In this document: positions 1-12,112 of the stretch, in pieces
How positions within the stretch are numbered: position 1 is the stretch's first letter
Layout: each line of letters opens with the position of its first letter
Assembly (NCBI GenBank): GCA_030141605.1
Contig: JAQGDQ010001068.1
Coordinates: forward strand, 1,613 to 65,612
DNA: 64,000 bases
From: Tubiluchus corallicola
Taxonomy: Eukaryota; Animalia; Priapulida
Reading direction: 5' to 3'
Notes under the pieces: generated by a model
Told to the model about the DNA's origin: nothing
Database searches by the model: none
The model's input: the letters and a program-made list of their open reading frames with translations, nothing else
Position numbers and translations under genes: made by a program

Positions 1-621
1 GTTTTGTCCTTGTAAGATAAACCTAATTAAAGCATTTATCATAGACTTTTGATTACACACAAAAAATATTTGGCTCAAGGTATGCAATAATTAATAATGA
101 ACTATTTAGGCAAAACCACAAAAATCCTATGGACAATAATACCTCCTTACACGCATACAAATTACCCTAAAAATGGGATGCTTAGGATAGATTAATTTCA
201 ATTCAAGAGCTATTAGACTAATTATCTAATAGCTCTGATGCCATAATTTCCTGTGATAAGAATTTGATGAATCATTTCTGCGCAATATGGGAAACTGGGG
301 TTTTGTTCTCCCCCCCCCCCCCAGCAGTTGGCACGGAATTAGGTGAACGACCGCGCGCGCGCGAGTGTAATGATGTTTGCGTAAGGACTTATTTACGCGT
401 GCTGTGTTGTTCGGTACGCATCGCGAAGTTAGAGGATTCTGTGCCATTTTTGAATTATCCAATTTATAAATTATCACAATGAGCTGAAGAAATTACGTTA
501 TTTAAACCAATTAAACGAGTTTTATTAAAACCAGTTAAGCTGGTTGGAAAGTCAAAATGTCAAGATATCATAAGCCGAAACAAATACAGATAAACTTGAA
601 CCTTGGTATAGACAGTACTGG

Positions 622-1480
622 TTGCAGGAAGCGAACCTGGCTCCACAGAACGAAAACAGCAATAAACTTAGAACGTATAAACTTTTTAAAAATTCTTATA
701 AGATGGAAAATTATTTGTTGATTGGTGTTCCAAAACATATCAAAACTAACTTGGCAAGATTTCGTATTAGTGCTCACAAATTAGCAATTGAAATCGGTAG
801 ATATCATAAGACGAAGCAAATACCTGTAGAACAACGAATATGTAAGGATTGTTGTTTGAACAAAGTGGAGAAACAATCGAATGTAGTTACTGAATGCCCA
901 CTGTACGCTCGTAGAAGAGAGGAATGTTTTGGCATCCGTTCTGGCTTCTGTCCTAACTTTCATTATACGTCTCCTAATGAGAAGTTTGCGTTTTTAATTG
1001 CGTCACAAGATGTAGAAGTTATTAAAATTAATGCTAGATTTGTCCACAAAACATTTGAAAATAGACCCGACTGAGATAACTTAGTGCAAGCCACAATCAT
1101 ACCATAATCCTGGTACAGATTATGCTAATCTAGGCATCATTGATAAATCTTTAGAGCTGATGTCAACATAGCGCAATCTATTATCTTTCTTCCTACCATT
1201 TCCACTAACACATCCTTCTACCCTTCCTCTGTGATCTAACATTTCTCCCAGTTCTTCTTTTTTGTTCACTCATCCATTCTTTTTTTATCGGGTTCACATG
1301 ACAGTGGGCTTATACAAGCCTTTGCTTCTCTAACCCACTGCAGTACATTTATTCTTTTATGATAACGATAGTGTATAAAACATAACAATTTAATACAGTA
1401 TGGCGTAATAATTTTGATGTCGCTGTGTGCTTAATGTCATTATATTGTACTGAATGTGATAATAATAATAAATAAATAAA
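622..1480 (+). mobile_element. 3' fragment of a non-LTR retrotransposon (ORF2 C-terminus with Cys motif, 3' UTR and AAT/AAAT tail)
   Basis: ORF 622-1074 reads KLRTYKLFK...ARFRISAHKLAIEIGRY...RICKDC...VE...ECPLY, the typical C-terminal signature of LINE ORF2 (RTEX/L2-like clades). It is followed by an AT-rich UTR ending in aataataataaataaataaa at about 1461-1480. No RT core is present. Confidence 0.8.
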
Positions 1481-1611
1481 ACAAGCCTCATTGACTACTG
1501 ACTAACTGCATTACATAATAATTATGTAATATTAAGTTTATAATATATAATTATGTATGTTGATCTGTTGTAACTTCTGTCAAGAGGGCACCTGACACAA
1601 TAAGCGTTAAC

Positions 1612-1978
1612 ACAGTTTCGTTGTGCGCACGCGCAGTTACTTTAGGTCATAGGTTAAGTATACCGAGCAACGCGTCTTAGCAACAACCGTCACGTGACAT
1701 GTGGGTAAAGCAAAGCATCAGTTCAGTAGCCTCAGTTGTTTTACGTGAACTTTACTTAACTATGCGTTTGTCAGTGCGGAGACTGATTTACTAGCAGGAT
1801 CTTGCTTGGGAACAAGAAAAGATGAACTAGGTAAGATTCTACAGCTAGCACTTGTCCATCTTCTTAACTGCTTTTGCAATAGCATGGGCTGCGAGGCGTT
1901 ATCAAGTGTACGCAAGTACGTTGCTATTACACTTAACCTTTGACCTTTTCACAATCATTATCAATCGCTGAAACTGTA
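1612..1978. mobile_element. MITE-like element with imperfect terminal inverted repeats
   Basis: Left end acagtttc...aggtcataggttaagtata..agcaacg mirrors the right end (reverse complement tacagtttc...aggtcaaaggttaagtgta.tagcaacg). A second, partial copy lies at about 44933-45160 (shared ctagcaggatcttgcttgggaacaag). Confidence 0.6.
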
Positions 1979-2295
1979 AAATACTTTTCCTAAATAAAAC
2001 CTAAAATTCGCCTTCAAATTTAGTACCATTTACATACTGTTTCATTGCATAAAGAGCTTGCATTAGTAGCGACGCTGTGTAAAACTGAAATACCATCACC
2101 ATTTGGCGCAGCTATTTTTAAAATAGGTTGTCTGAAAATAAGTTTAAATAACGTTGAGTAAAGTTTGGAAAATAATCAAAGCACAGTTCAAATTACTTTA
2201 TATTCTTAGTAAAAGATCAACAATGTATTTTTTGGTGAATCAATGGTGCACGCTGGGATAGTGATCGATGCAGTGACGTTCTACCAGTTGGTTCA

Positions 2296-2435
2296 GAACT
2301 ATGAATTCATTTTCACACATCAAAATACAATTTCAAACACATTAATAAACTTTTAATAAAATAATTTGAGTAGTGCGAGGTGAGTGTACGACCAATCGGT
2401 CATTAACACACTCACCTTACTTAAATGAAAAAATG
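2296..2435 (-). mobile_element. 3'-terminal fragment of the LINE family at 31611-34500
   Basis: The reverse complement matches 34355-34500, including the aggtgagtgt...acactcacct hairpin and the catagttc tail. Confidence 0.8.
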
Positions 2436-2666
2436 ACTATAGTTGTGTATGCTTCTGTAGATAACTTAATGTAAACGCAGTACAGTACAGGCAGGTGCTG
2501 CCATCTATCAAGTGTAAAACTTAATACATAACTCAAGTAATTAATAAATAGTTATAAATCAAGAAATTACCAGGCATTACTTCCAGGTTGTAAATTAATC
2601 AGAAACTAATCACTGATTAGCGTTAATTAGTACTTGGAATTATTGGACTGCGTATTTATCTTTTAA

Positions 2667-3200
2667 AGGAAAACCGGACGATTGTTTAGACTCAATCTCA
2701 TTTCAATTTACTATCCAAAATATACAATTCCTTGCCTATAGAAGTTAACAATTGTTTCTTATGTTTGAATAATTGGCTTAGAAAGTTAATTAACGGCAAC
2801 CGAACACAGCTATTGCTTACGTCAGAAACTAAAGACAGTTTGTGCAATGGCAGGCATCTTTCCTTACGCGTCAAGTACATTTGCATAAGTGTTACAGCTT
2901 AAACGCCTGATGTCGCGAAAACGTCATATGACATCAGAAACTAACACTGCAGTTCATGATCATGTTTATCACGGTACTGCCTTCTATATGGCGGCTACAC
3001 GAATGTGACAAAAAGGCGCCGCTGCCAATCTTAGTAGATTCGCTGAGCCGCGTGTAGCTTCGAAAGTTTAACGAAATTTGAGTATCGGAGGTAATTATTA
3101 TTTAATCTAAGTTTTGATTTAAAAAAGCTATTGTAGTTTTCAATATTTTTAGAGCATTCTTCATTCTGAACTAAAGTCTACGCAATAATCCGGTTTTCCT
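2667..3200 (+). mobile_element. Kolobok/T2-type MITE (about 535 bp), copy 1
   Basis: TTAA|AGGAAAACCGGA...TCCGGTTTTCCT|TTAA: terminal inverted repeats with a TTAA TSD. Full-length copies lie at 39426-39964 (inverted) and 47848-48391. Confidence 0.9.
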
Positions 3201-3584
3201 TTAAGATTGAATTAAAGCTGCCGTGTTCACGTGGAATTGATTTTTCTAGTGGACATGACTTTATACTTGTTAAAACCCGACCTTCCGATCAGATTTGGCT
3301 TCGATTTTGAAAATTCAAGCAATTTTGGGCTGACTCTGCCTTAATAAAGTGTACCAGCAGTCGTAGTAAAGAAAAGGTGTTTAAAATAAGTGATTTTGAT
3401 CAAATTATTGATTAAATTAGTAAATTAATGATTCAAGACTAAACACTTGACGATGTATGATTAAATCATCGTCTTGGCTAGAAGCCCAGTTAGGTGTGGC
3501 ATATCACGTGATGATCAGCTGATGTTCGACCGGCTGAGTCAGAAGTGAAGATTGATGATGTAATCTTTATGCGCAGAAGCTCAG

Positions 3585-4030
3585 TGCGCATTGAGTAGTT
3601 AGACAAAAGGAATTTGAGGCCCGCACCTCTTGAAGACGGAGGGCTACCATTACTATCCTCTTATGTATACCGTGTTGTGTTTGATCTTTAATAAACGTGC
3701 AGTTTGCTAAATAAAGTCTTGAGAATTTGCCATGCCCTTCGTGGCTGTTCCACACGCAATCTTCACGCAACAAAGTCTTGACAGTTTGCCATGCCCATCG
3801 TGGCTGTTCCACACGCAATCTTTGAGCAACAAAGTCTTGATAGTTTGCCATGCCCATCGTGGCTGTTCCACACGCAATCTTCACGCAACAAAGACTTGAT
3901 AGTTTGCCATGCCCATCGTGGCTGTTCCAAACGCAATCTTCACGCAACAAAGTCTCGATAGTTTGCCATGCCCGTCGCGGCTGTTCCATACAATGAACAA
4001 CAATAACCAGCAAGCAGCTATAACCACTTT
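3585..4030. repeat. Dispersed repeat with an internal 59-bp tandem array (about 4.5 units, 3713-3990)
   Basis: Unit aaagtcttgatagtttgccatgcccatcgtggctgttccacacgcaatcttcacgcaac. The flanks align with 41053-41300, which carries only one partial unit. Confidence 0.85.
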
Positions 4031-4424
4031 CATCAGTAACAAATAATATTTTACTACCGTCTCGCTGTTCTGGCTTATCAGCCTAGTTAATTTAAGCCCT
4101 AACTACAAGGTTGCTAATACGTTCTGGCCACTAGCAGGGGTTCCGGAACTACAAAGGTCAATGTAGTTAGACACCTGCAGCGGAATCTCTAAGGTGTTTG
4201 AAGAAAGGCGCCAATTGTTAGATGTAATCAGTGCTAATTACAGGTACGGCGTGACCAAGTACCATATGAACACTTTTAAGCCTTTTGCTACACGTGTTTT
4301 AAGTAGTGGTTCAGTGATACCTGCGCTTAGATTTCAGAAAAGTTAAAGCAAATCCGCGGACAAAATCTTAAGCTGCAGGTCAAAACAATCTACTCTTTAC
4401 ACTATCGAAAGGAAACATACTGTT

Positions 4425-4942
4425 TTTTTTTTCAAAAATGACTTACATGAAAGAATTATTACCACGCAAACACAATTTCACGTTTGTGCCACTAGTTCTT
4501 CGCTGTTACGTGCATTTTGCCATTCGCTAGTTAGACGGGCACTAGCGCCTGCATTTCGGAAACGTATTGCACAAAAACAGGTGCTGTACCTCTCAGTTGA
4601 GATGTGTCAGTTTGTGACGAATTACGCGCATTCCACAGCTCAAGTTCAAGCACAGCGGTAAATTTGAATGTTTATCTTAAAACATGCCTAGTTTTAGTAC
4701 AACGCACTGACTATCGTAGAGTAGCACTGTACTTCATGTTTTGCTTTCGCAAACACGTGCAACACGCTCGTGGAATACTTTTGTTGTTAAAAATTGTGTT
4801 CTTTTGTGAGGTCATCGATGGTTTGGCTCGCTCGCGGTTAATTAAGATTCTAATCTATTATTTAATTATCAGAAACGCTTTTGCAGTATTAATCATGTTG
4901 AAATGTATAGTTTTATTGGACTTGAAAATGGGATAGTATTTG
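4425..4942 (-). mobile_element. Fragment of abundant TTAA-target MITE family A
   Basis: Aligns with 45215-45632 in the same orientation and with 30952-31270 in inverted orientation. The family terminus TTAA-(A/G)GGAAGACAGGATGATTTTTCATATACTACCCC is seen at 14018, 19239, 49057 and 54617. Confidence 0.75.
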
Positions 4943-4949
4943 AGAATAT

Positions 4950-5380
4950 TAGGGAAGACAAGGGGAGAGACAGGGAGACGAAGAGAAACGGAGACACATC
5001 GAAAGGAAGAGAAAGGGAGACATGGAGAGGAAGAGAAACGGAGACACAGGAAAAGGAAGACAGAGGGAGAAACAGGGAGACGAAGTGAAAGGGAGACACA
5101 GGGAAAGGAAGAAAAAGAGAGAGACAGGGAGAGGAAGAGAAACAAAGATACAGGGAGACGAAGAGAAACGGGGACACAGGGAAATGAAGAGAAACGGAGA
5201 CACAGGGAGAGGAAGAGAAAGGGAGAGACAGGGAGAGGAAGAGAAAAGGAGACACGGGGAAAGGAAGAGAAAGGGAGAGATAGGGAGAGGAAGAAAAAGA
5301 GAGAGGGAGAAAGAGACAGTGTGTGAGAGAAAATGGGCGACAGTCAGTCAGACAGACAGATAGACAGACAGACAGAGACC
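4950..5380. repeat. Purine-rich (GA) degenerate minisatellite
   Basis: Recurrent gagacagggagaggaagagaaa-type units; one strand is almost entirely purine. Confidence 0.9.
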
Positions 5381-6084
5381 GATTGAAAGGAATTACAGAT
5401 GCAATGTTTGAAGTAGATACATCTTGAATAACCTAACTTTTTCATAGTTACAACGTGAAAAGAAGATCTTTATAGGGCGTGCGTGCACGCGTGTGCATGT
5501 GTATGTGTGTCCGTGCGCGTGACAATTCAGCCACCGCCAAGCTTATTAGCTTATGTTATTGTTGTACAAAATCTAATTGAGGAAGAGAACTCGATACAAT
5601 GTGAACCATTCTTCACACAATGGCTGGCGAGTGACAATGGACAAAGGCTAGAACAATGCAAGTTCAACGTTAGAAAGTTCTGCAAATAGCCAATTTAGTA
5701 ACAAACAAATTCATTTCTTCCGGCGGAAGTGACGAAACACCAATGTGTCGTTTCTACGAAGAATTTTCCCTGAGGTCTGTCCTTTTTACGATTATGCAAG
5801 AAAAGGCTGAACAATAACAATGTCGTTATTAATGTCAGTCGAGGTCACCAGGTCAACACATCAAAATTTAATTCCATTATACTTGCTATCTTTTGAAATT
5901 GACTTTTTTTACTAGGCTAGGTAATTTAAAAGTAGAATATCATGTTTACTATTAAATTTGATATTTTTACATAATTGTTAAAGTCTTGCACATTGAGAAT
6001 ACCAAAGCTGTCCTACTATGTAAATAACAGTCGAGTAAATTTAAGATTTAAATTTGGTTGTACTGTAGATCTAAACGAAAATGT

Positions 6085-6283
6085 AAATTTAACGGTTAAG
6101 AACTCATTTAAAGATTATGTTTTAAGAAATCTATTATAGCTCCTTACAACACTGTATACTGTAATATAATTACAAGGGTACCGAAATGAGTGGATATTAT
6201 AAAGTTGAATTTCTGTAGGTATGTTACTTTACTAACATCCTTATGTCTTTGTAACCTGTATACTTTTATGTGAAATAAATTCC
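6085..6283 (+). mobile_element. Dispersed repeat, probable retroposon 3' end running into an (AAT)n tail
   Basis: An inverted copy at about 35685-35895 also abuts an AAT-type microsatellite at the equivalent end. Confidence 0.6.
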
Positions 6284-6615
<332 letters not shown>

Positions 6616-7235
6616 GAACATACTGGTAATGAAAATGTCGTTTATAAATTATTATTAAGAAAAAAATTAAAACATTGTTAGATAATGGTGACAAAACTAG
6701 ATAAGAATTCAAAGTAAACCCTTTGCCATTTTACCATTTTGCAGTACCATTAAACTCTACACAGAACAAACACAAAACACCACGCCGTAGTTGGTTGGCA
6801 ACTCAAATTATGATACTCTTTTAAAACACTTAAATTACTGAAAAAAACTCGCAATAATAGCTGAATGATGCAAAATTATATGTGAGTTCAGAACGCTTAT
6901 TGTGCATGAATAGAAAAAATAATTGACAAAAGTCTTTATATTGATACCATCTGTTACTTTTCATACAGGCATGAAAATTGACGAAGCTGTTCCTAATATG
7001 ACGTTATATCCCAAATGGGTAGCTGAAATTATGATCCCTTTTTAAAATACTTAAAACTACACCCACATATGAGGACATGAGGCATCCCCCACGCGAAAAT
7101 ATTAGAAGCCGTATTTTTAATTGTGTGATTTTTACTAGATTCGATGCAGCTAATATATATGGTTATTTAGTACTTTCTAGTTGTGTGTAAACGAATGCTT
7201 ACATTCACATGAATATTATAATTTTATATATGTGT

Positions 7236-7651
7236 CATATCACGTTGAAAACACCGGTGGTTCAAGGATCAGACTGCTCAGGCACAGTTCGATGCTGCAG
7301 CTCCATCAACGTGATCGCACTGCTCAGCCACAGTTCGACGCTGCAGCTCCATCAACGTGAACGGACTGCTCAGCCACAGTTCGACGCTGCAGCTCCATCA
7401 ACGTGATCGGACTGCTCAGGCACAGTTCGATGCTGCAGCTCCATCAACGTGATCGGACTGCTCAGCCACAGTTCGACGCTGCAGCTCCATCAACTTGATC
7501 GCACTGCTCAGCCACAGTCGACGCTGCAGCTCCATCAACGTGATCGGACTGCTCAGCCACAGTTGATGCTACAGCTCCATCAATGTGATCAATAACTGAC
7601 TCTCTTGGCACACACTCCATAGTCTTCCGAGACGGAAGGATGCCAACAATA
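7236..7651 (+). mobile_element. Internally deleted 5S-headed SINE carrying a 7-unit 46-bp tandem array
   Basis: Starts with the 5S-like catatcacgttgaaaacaccgg and jumps to the SINE 3' body. Contains 7x gactgctcagccacagttcgacgctgcagctccatcaacgtgatcg and ends gaaggatgccaacaa. TSD atatatgtgt at 7226-7235 and 7652-7661. Confidence 0.85.
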
Positions 7652-7661
7652 ATATATGTGT

Positions 7662-8400
7662 GTTTGCACAGCAAAATTGTCCATAAGTTGGCAATAAAGC
7701 TTTATTAGCTATTCTCAAGGCCCAGAATCTACATTTCCTGAGGATTATTTTGATACCAAGTTCATCGCTCTACGTTATTTCTAAGCTGAGATAATCCACA
7801 TTGAAGTTGAGGTGCAGGCTGCACACTGAAAAACATAATCTTGAGAAAATCACTGTTAAAGTTAGCCATTGTTTTTTGTCACGTTTCTACAAAACACTTA
7901 GCAACCGTACGAAAGCGTGGTTGCTATGGATTTTACAAAAACAAATTGAAGTTACATTTATATCCAGTAGATGGCTCTTCCAGACGAAGATCTGGTCTTG
8001 TCAACAGAAAAAGCTGAAGCAAAATGGCGGATTCCACGAGCTACAATCGGAATGTACAAGTTTTTTTACAATTGCAGCACTGGTTTCTATCCAGAAAGAT
8101 TACAAAATCATTTGAAATTAGACTAGTATTTTTTGAACATTTTCTTGATAATTTGATGCTAGAATGCAATTGTCTAAAATATTTCGCTTTGGTTTTTATA
8201 AAAAGCAAATAAATTGGCATTAAACCAAATATTTCGTGCATTCTTCTTTGAAGCACCACAATGTAGTTTTAACTATGCCAACTTAAGGATGGTTTTGGTT
8301 TGCAAGCACACTGACTTCACAGGCTTTTTGTACAATCGCGAAAAAACATTAGCTGATAATGCAGTTTTGGTTTGCAAGCATACATGTAGTTTTACCGTTT
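7662..8400 (+). mobile_element. Dispersed repeat family B (unclassified, non-coding)
   Basis: Aligns over about 700 bp with the reverse complement of 21180-21890 and with 25838-26560. Confidence 0.75.
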
Positions 8401-8553
8401 ATGCCAAATTTCTATATGAAATATATAGGCTTATTTTTGTACCGTATTGTATGTATTTTAGATGTGTATGTGTATGTGGAGAAAGAATAAAATAAACAAG
8501 TTAGATAAACAAAATAAACAAAATAAACTAATGCGCTGTTTTCTTTTTTGCAG

Positions 8554-8655
8554 GAGATGATTACGGAACGCTGTCATTGGGAGGGAAAACCTGGCGGCCA
8601 TTTTGGTGGCACGAGGCCGGCTCTGATTGGCCAGAAACAAATGACGTATTGGAAG
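8554..8655 (+). CDS. Gene 1 internal exon (DDYGTLSLGGKTWRPFWWHEAGSDWPETNDVLE), start of a Trp/Cys-rich globular domain
   Basis: Polypyrimidine tract plus cag acceptor and gttaga donor. 102 nt, phase 1-1, open frame that joins exon 9342 in frame. Confidence 0.8.
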
Positions 8656-9341
8656 GTTAGACTTTATCGTGTTCTATGGTCTGAAAGTAGTGCGTTTTAA
8701 TATTTCAAGATTTTGTTCGAAAGAACTGTACAGTGAATGGGGGAGAGTTGGTTTTGCATTCATTTGTTAACTGAGTTGTTATGAAACGTTTGTTATGGAA
8801 CTTTTGTTATGGAACTTTATTGCAAATTGAAAAATTTTATTGCAAATATAGTAAGTGCCAATGCTTTTTCACACGAGCCATCTAAATAAAACCTAGCAAG
8901 AGTTATGATAATTTCCCTGACTGTAATGTTTACGTGAATGGATGAATTGCTCAAGATAGCTTTCTATTCATCTTAAAATTGAAGAGCGCCATCTGTTATG
9001 CTACAACATAAAATTTTTTAATTTGCTACAGAATTTCGGGAAAAACTCTTACATGAGCAGTAAAACTGTGTTTCCAGTGATAGTCTAACATTTGAGATTT
9101 ACATTTAGTTTCGACAGTCAATATGCATTACGCATTACGGATCACAGATCACGCATTATGGATCACAGATCACGCATCACGCATTACGCGCATATGGAGT
9201 CCTAGCTTAGTACAAGAAACACTCCATTTTTCTTGGATAGACCACAGAGAAAGTGTTCAGTAACATTCGATCTATTAATCTGTACAGTAAACCAAAGTTG
9301 TTTAGACCACTATAACTCACACTTTTTCTTGTTTTTTAAAG

Positions 9342-9456
9342 GTGCATATGGGGCTTGTGAGCCACAGCAGACCACGTGTTTTGGGAGACTTCCTGCCCAG
9401 CTTAAGGAAGACTCGACAATGCTCTTAGCGAAAGATTCTCAGGGAAACGTATTCAG
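9342..9456 (+). CDS. Gene 1 exon (GAYGACEPQQTTCFGRLPAQLKEDSTMLLAKDSQGNVFR)
   Basis: ttttcttgttttttaaag acceptor and AG|gtattc donor. Phase 1-2, compatible with both neighbouring exons. Confidence 0.85.
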
Positions 9457-9721
9457 GTATTCAAACGCATAAGTGATTAATTATTAGCATTTCAAAAAAG
9501 AAAGTTATTGTGCTCATCCATTTTTTGCAGAAAGAAAAAAACAGAAATATAAGTTTGCGAAGAGTAAGAGCATTATGATACTTTTTTACAATATGGCGCA
9601 CGGCAAACTGCATCCACGGACTTTCATTGGACATTATCCATGGGACAAATTTTTCTACCCAATGTTCACGTTTGTGTGGACACAGTCCTGGTTTATTTTT
9701 TTATTATTTACTACAATATTT

Positions 9722-9832
9722 CATATCACGTTGAAAACACCGGTTCTGATCTGATCACCAAAGTTAAGCAATGCAGAGCCTTGTTAGTGCTTGGATGGGT
9801 GACCGCCTAGGAATACCAGGTGCTGTAGGCTT
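9722..9832 (+). rRNA. 5S rRNA-derived sequence (5'-clipped; a SINE head, not a functional rDNA unit)
   Basis: catatcacgttgaaaacaccggttctgatctgatcaccaaagttaagc...ttggatgggtgaccgcctaggaataccaggtgctgtaggctt matches metazoan 5S. No oligo-T terminator follows. Confidence 0.6.
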
Positions 9833-10205
9833 GCAGGACGCCCACATTGTATCTCAACACTAGGCAGAGGAACTGCACAAGCAGCCAATGGCTAGAGGGC
9901 AGAGAAAGTCAAGAGACCTAACGGCCATGTGTAAAGGAGTAAACCTTCCAAATCAGGAGTGGAGCCCCAAAGGCGGACCAGGGCAGCATGCTCACTGACT
10001 CCGGCAGCTCCTGCAGCCAACCTGATGCCAAAGATCTCCATGCACCTTGCCCAGGCGTGCGCCCTGGAGAGGCCATTCCAGTGGTTCAAGGATCGGATTG
10101 CTCAGCCACAGTCGATGCTGCAGCTCCATCAATGTGATCAATAACTGACTCCTTTGGCGCACACTCCATTGTCTTCCGAGACAGAAGGATGCCAACAACA
10201 ACAAC
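9722..10205 (+). mobile_element. 5S rRNA-headed SINE (SINE3 type) with (CAA)n tail
   Basis: 5S-like head at 9722-9832; the body aligns with the reverse complement of 41619-42060 apart from a deletion of about 70 bp; ends gaaggatgccaacaacaacaac. Confidence 0.9.
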
Positions 10206-11009
10206 TATCATATTTATTTAAATAAGTATAATATTTATATATATTTATTTTAAATATTATATTTATTTAATTATTTTTTATTTTATAATTATAATATGTC
10301 TACTAAAAGGTGTCAATAGACTTACACTGTCCACTAAAAACATCGTAACATACATCGACAATGTACAGACAGTAAAATTACAGCTAAAAGTATAATAGAT
10401 GGTACATGGCTAGTACAATATAAACCCACAAATACGTGCAAATACATTAAAAGTGCATGTAAAAAAGATGAAAACTTCATTAGTACGATAAAATTGTATA
10501 TTTATGCTGAAAAATGTTACATCTTACATTATTTATCAGGCCGCATTTTTCAGAATATATTTTTCTTAAATTTATGTATGATACCGAGTTGATTTATTTT
10601 ACTGGGTAAATTTTTCCGCATTTCAGCACCATTATACATGGCAGCAGGTTTTATAACACTAATTTTTAATTTAATTCGATTCAAATTCAATTCAATTGAT
10701 TTTGCGTTTAGGAATATGGAATTTGTGGTATTTGTGTCGAGTTTGGCATGAATACACCACTGCTAAGAATTTAACATACGGTGATACATATTAGGCAAAA
10801 GATTATTAATATATATGTGTATAAACAAGTTAGTTGGCATATTGACCACCTTTGTTGCTGCTAGTATTCTCAAATTTTTGAAAAGATTATCAGTGTAACC
10901 TCTGTAATGCGAGGTGTGTCATTAGATAATGATGATGGCGATGATGATGATGACGACGATGATAACAACAATGACAACAACAATAAGAAGAAAAAGAATA
11001 TTAATATTT

Positions 11010-11330
11010 TCATTTAGGACACAGTCCGGGGATAACACTTTAAATAAATCAATACTTATTTCAAAGATGGTCCCAATTATTATTACGCAGACGTCACTTC
11101 AATAAACCCTCATGCTTGCTCGAACAACCGTCGATACCATTTTTAAGTGTTTGGCTCGACTCGGTCAGGACTTGAACCCGCGACCATCGGGTTGTGAAAC
11201 AAGCACACTACTTGGTCAAAGAAGCAGTGGTACTATTTTTTGTCTTTGGTATGACCTGTCAGGATTTGAACCCGCAACCGCCGGGGTGGGAAGGGAGCGT
11301 GCTACCATTAAACTGTACGAACGGTCGAAC
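11010..11330 (-). mobile_element. tRNA-derived SINE with two tandem heads, MetaSINE/MESC-like core
   Basis: The minus strand has two B-box-like motifs (ggttcaaatcc, ggttcaagtcc), followed by gtcataccaaagac-aaaaatagtacc and gtcgagccaaacacttaaaaatggta respectively. These resemble the Meta/MESC central domain as I recall it. Confidence 0.65.
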
Positions 11331-11396
11331 CATTAGTACTATAAGAAAAGTTGACATTTTTTGCGCACGGAAAAGCAGCAATTAAAATATTAATTA

Positions 11397-12112
11397 CAGT
11401 ACGTTCTCGCTTAATGACACATCTTTTAACGAAGTTTCGTTTTAACGACACCAATCATTTGACAGCTTTTCTTTACTTAACGACGCACGTTTTGCTTTAA
11501 CGACTATTTTTTTACTTTGCTCAAGGCAAATTTTTATTTGATTAATAAAATTTTCAACTAATTTGATGCATTAAAACAGCACCTATTGTGTTATTCTGTT
11601 CTGTAAAACACACCAGGAATGTAAACAGTGTAATTATTATACATGTTTTTGCTTCCCGACTGACTACTGACTCACTACTGTATTACCAGTGGTTTGTGCA
11701 TCAAGTGACTAGCGAGTAATTTTGTCTGCAACCTGTTGCTATAGCAACCAGACTAAGAACGTAGACAAAATTCCCAAGGTTGCCCCAGGGCTTGGTTTGA
11801 CTCCCCAGTGTTTATTGTTCAACCCCTGACAAGGCTTAAACATTAACGAAAGAGAAACCCCTATAGCTAGGTATTGGTAGGTTAAATATATAGGTGGTTT
11901 TAGGCAAACAGGAAGACATTAACCAGTAGAAATGTGAATAAAACTCATAGAATGTTTAACTTATATGATTTAAGCAGTCTTGATTTTTGTCTCTGGAACG
12001 TTTCTCAATTCTTTTACTTTGCTTCCTATGCAAGTCGGCTTCGCATAACGACATTTTGCTTAACGTCACATTTCGCTGAAATGCATTAGCGTCGTTAAGC
12101 GAAGAATTACTG
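11397..12112. mobile_element. Tc1/mariner (pogo/Tigger-like) MITE
   Basis: TA|CAGTACGTTCTCGCTTAATGAC...GTCGTTAAGCGAAGAATTACTG|TA: imperfect TIRs, TA TSD and subterminal ttaacga repeats. Confidence 0.8.

Noticed and set aside
5820-5925. Candidate first coding exon of gene 1 (ATG at 5820, donor near 5921)
   Set aside because: The frame hits TAG before the donor and is not signal-peptide-like, so the true first exon remains unidentified.
8585-8655. Apparent promoter with YY1 (GCGGCCATTTT), CCAAT (ATTGG) and CRE-like motifs
   Set aside because: These bases lie inside a phase-compatible coding exon (WRPFWW...DWPETNDVL) with good splice sites, so the motifs are explained by codons.
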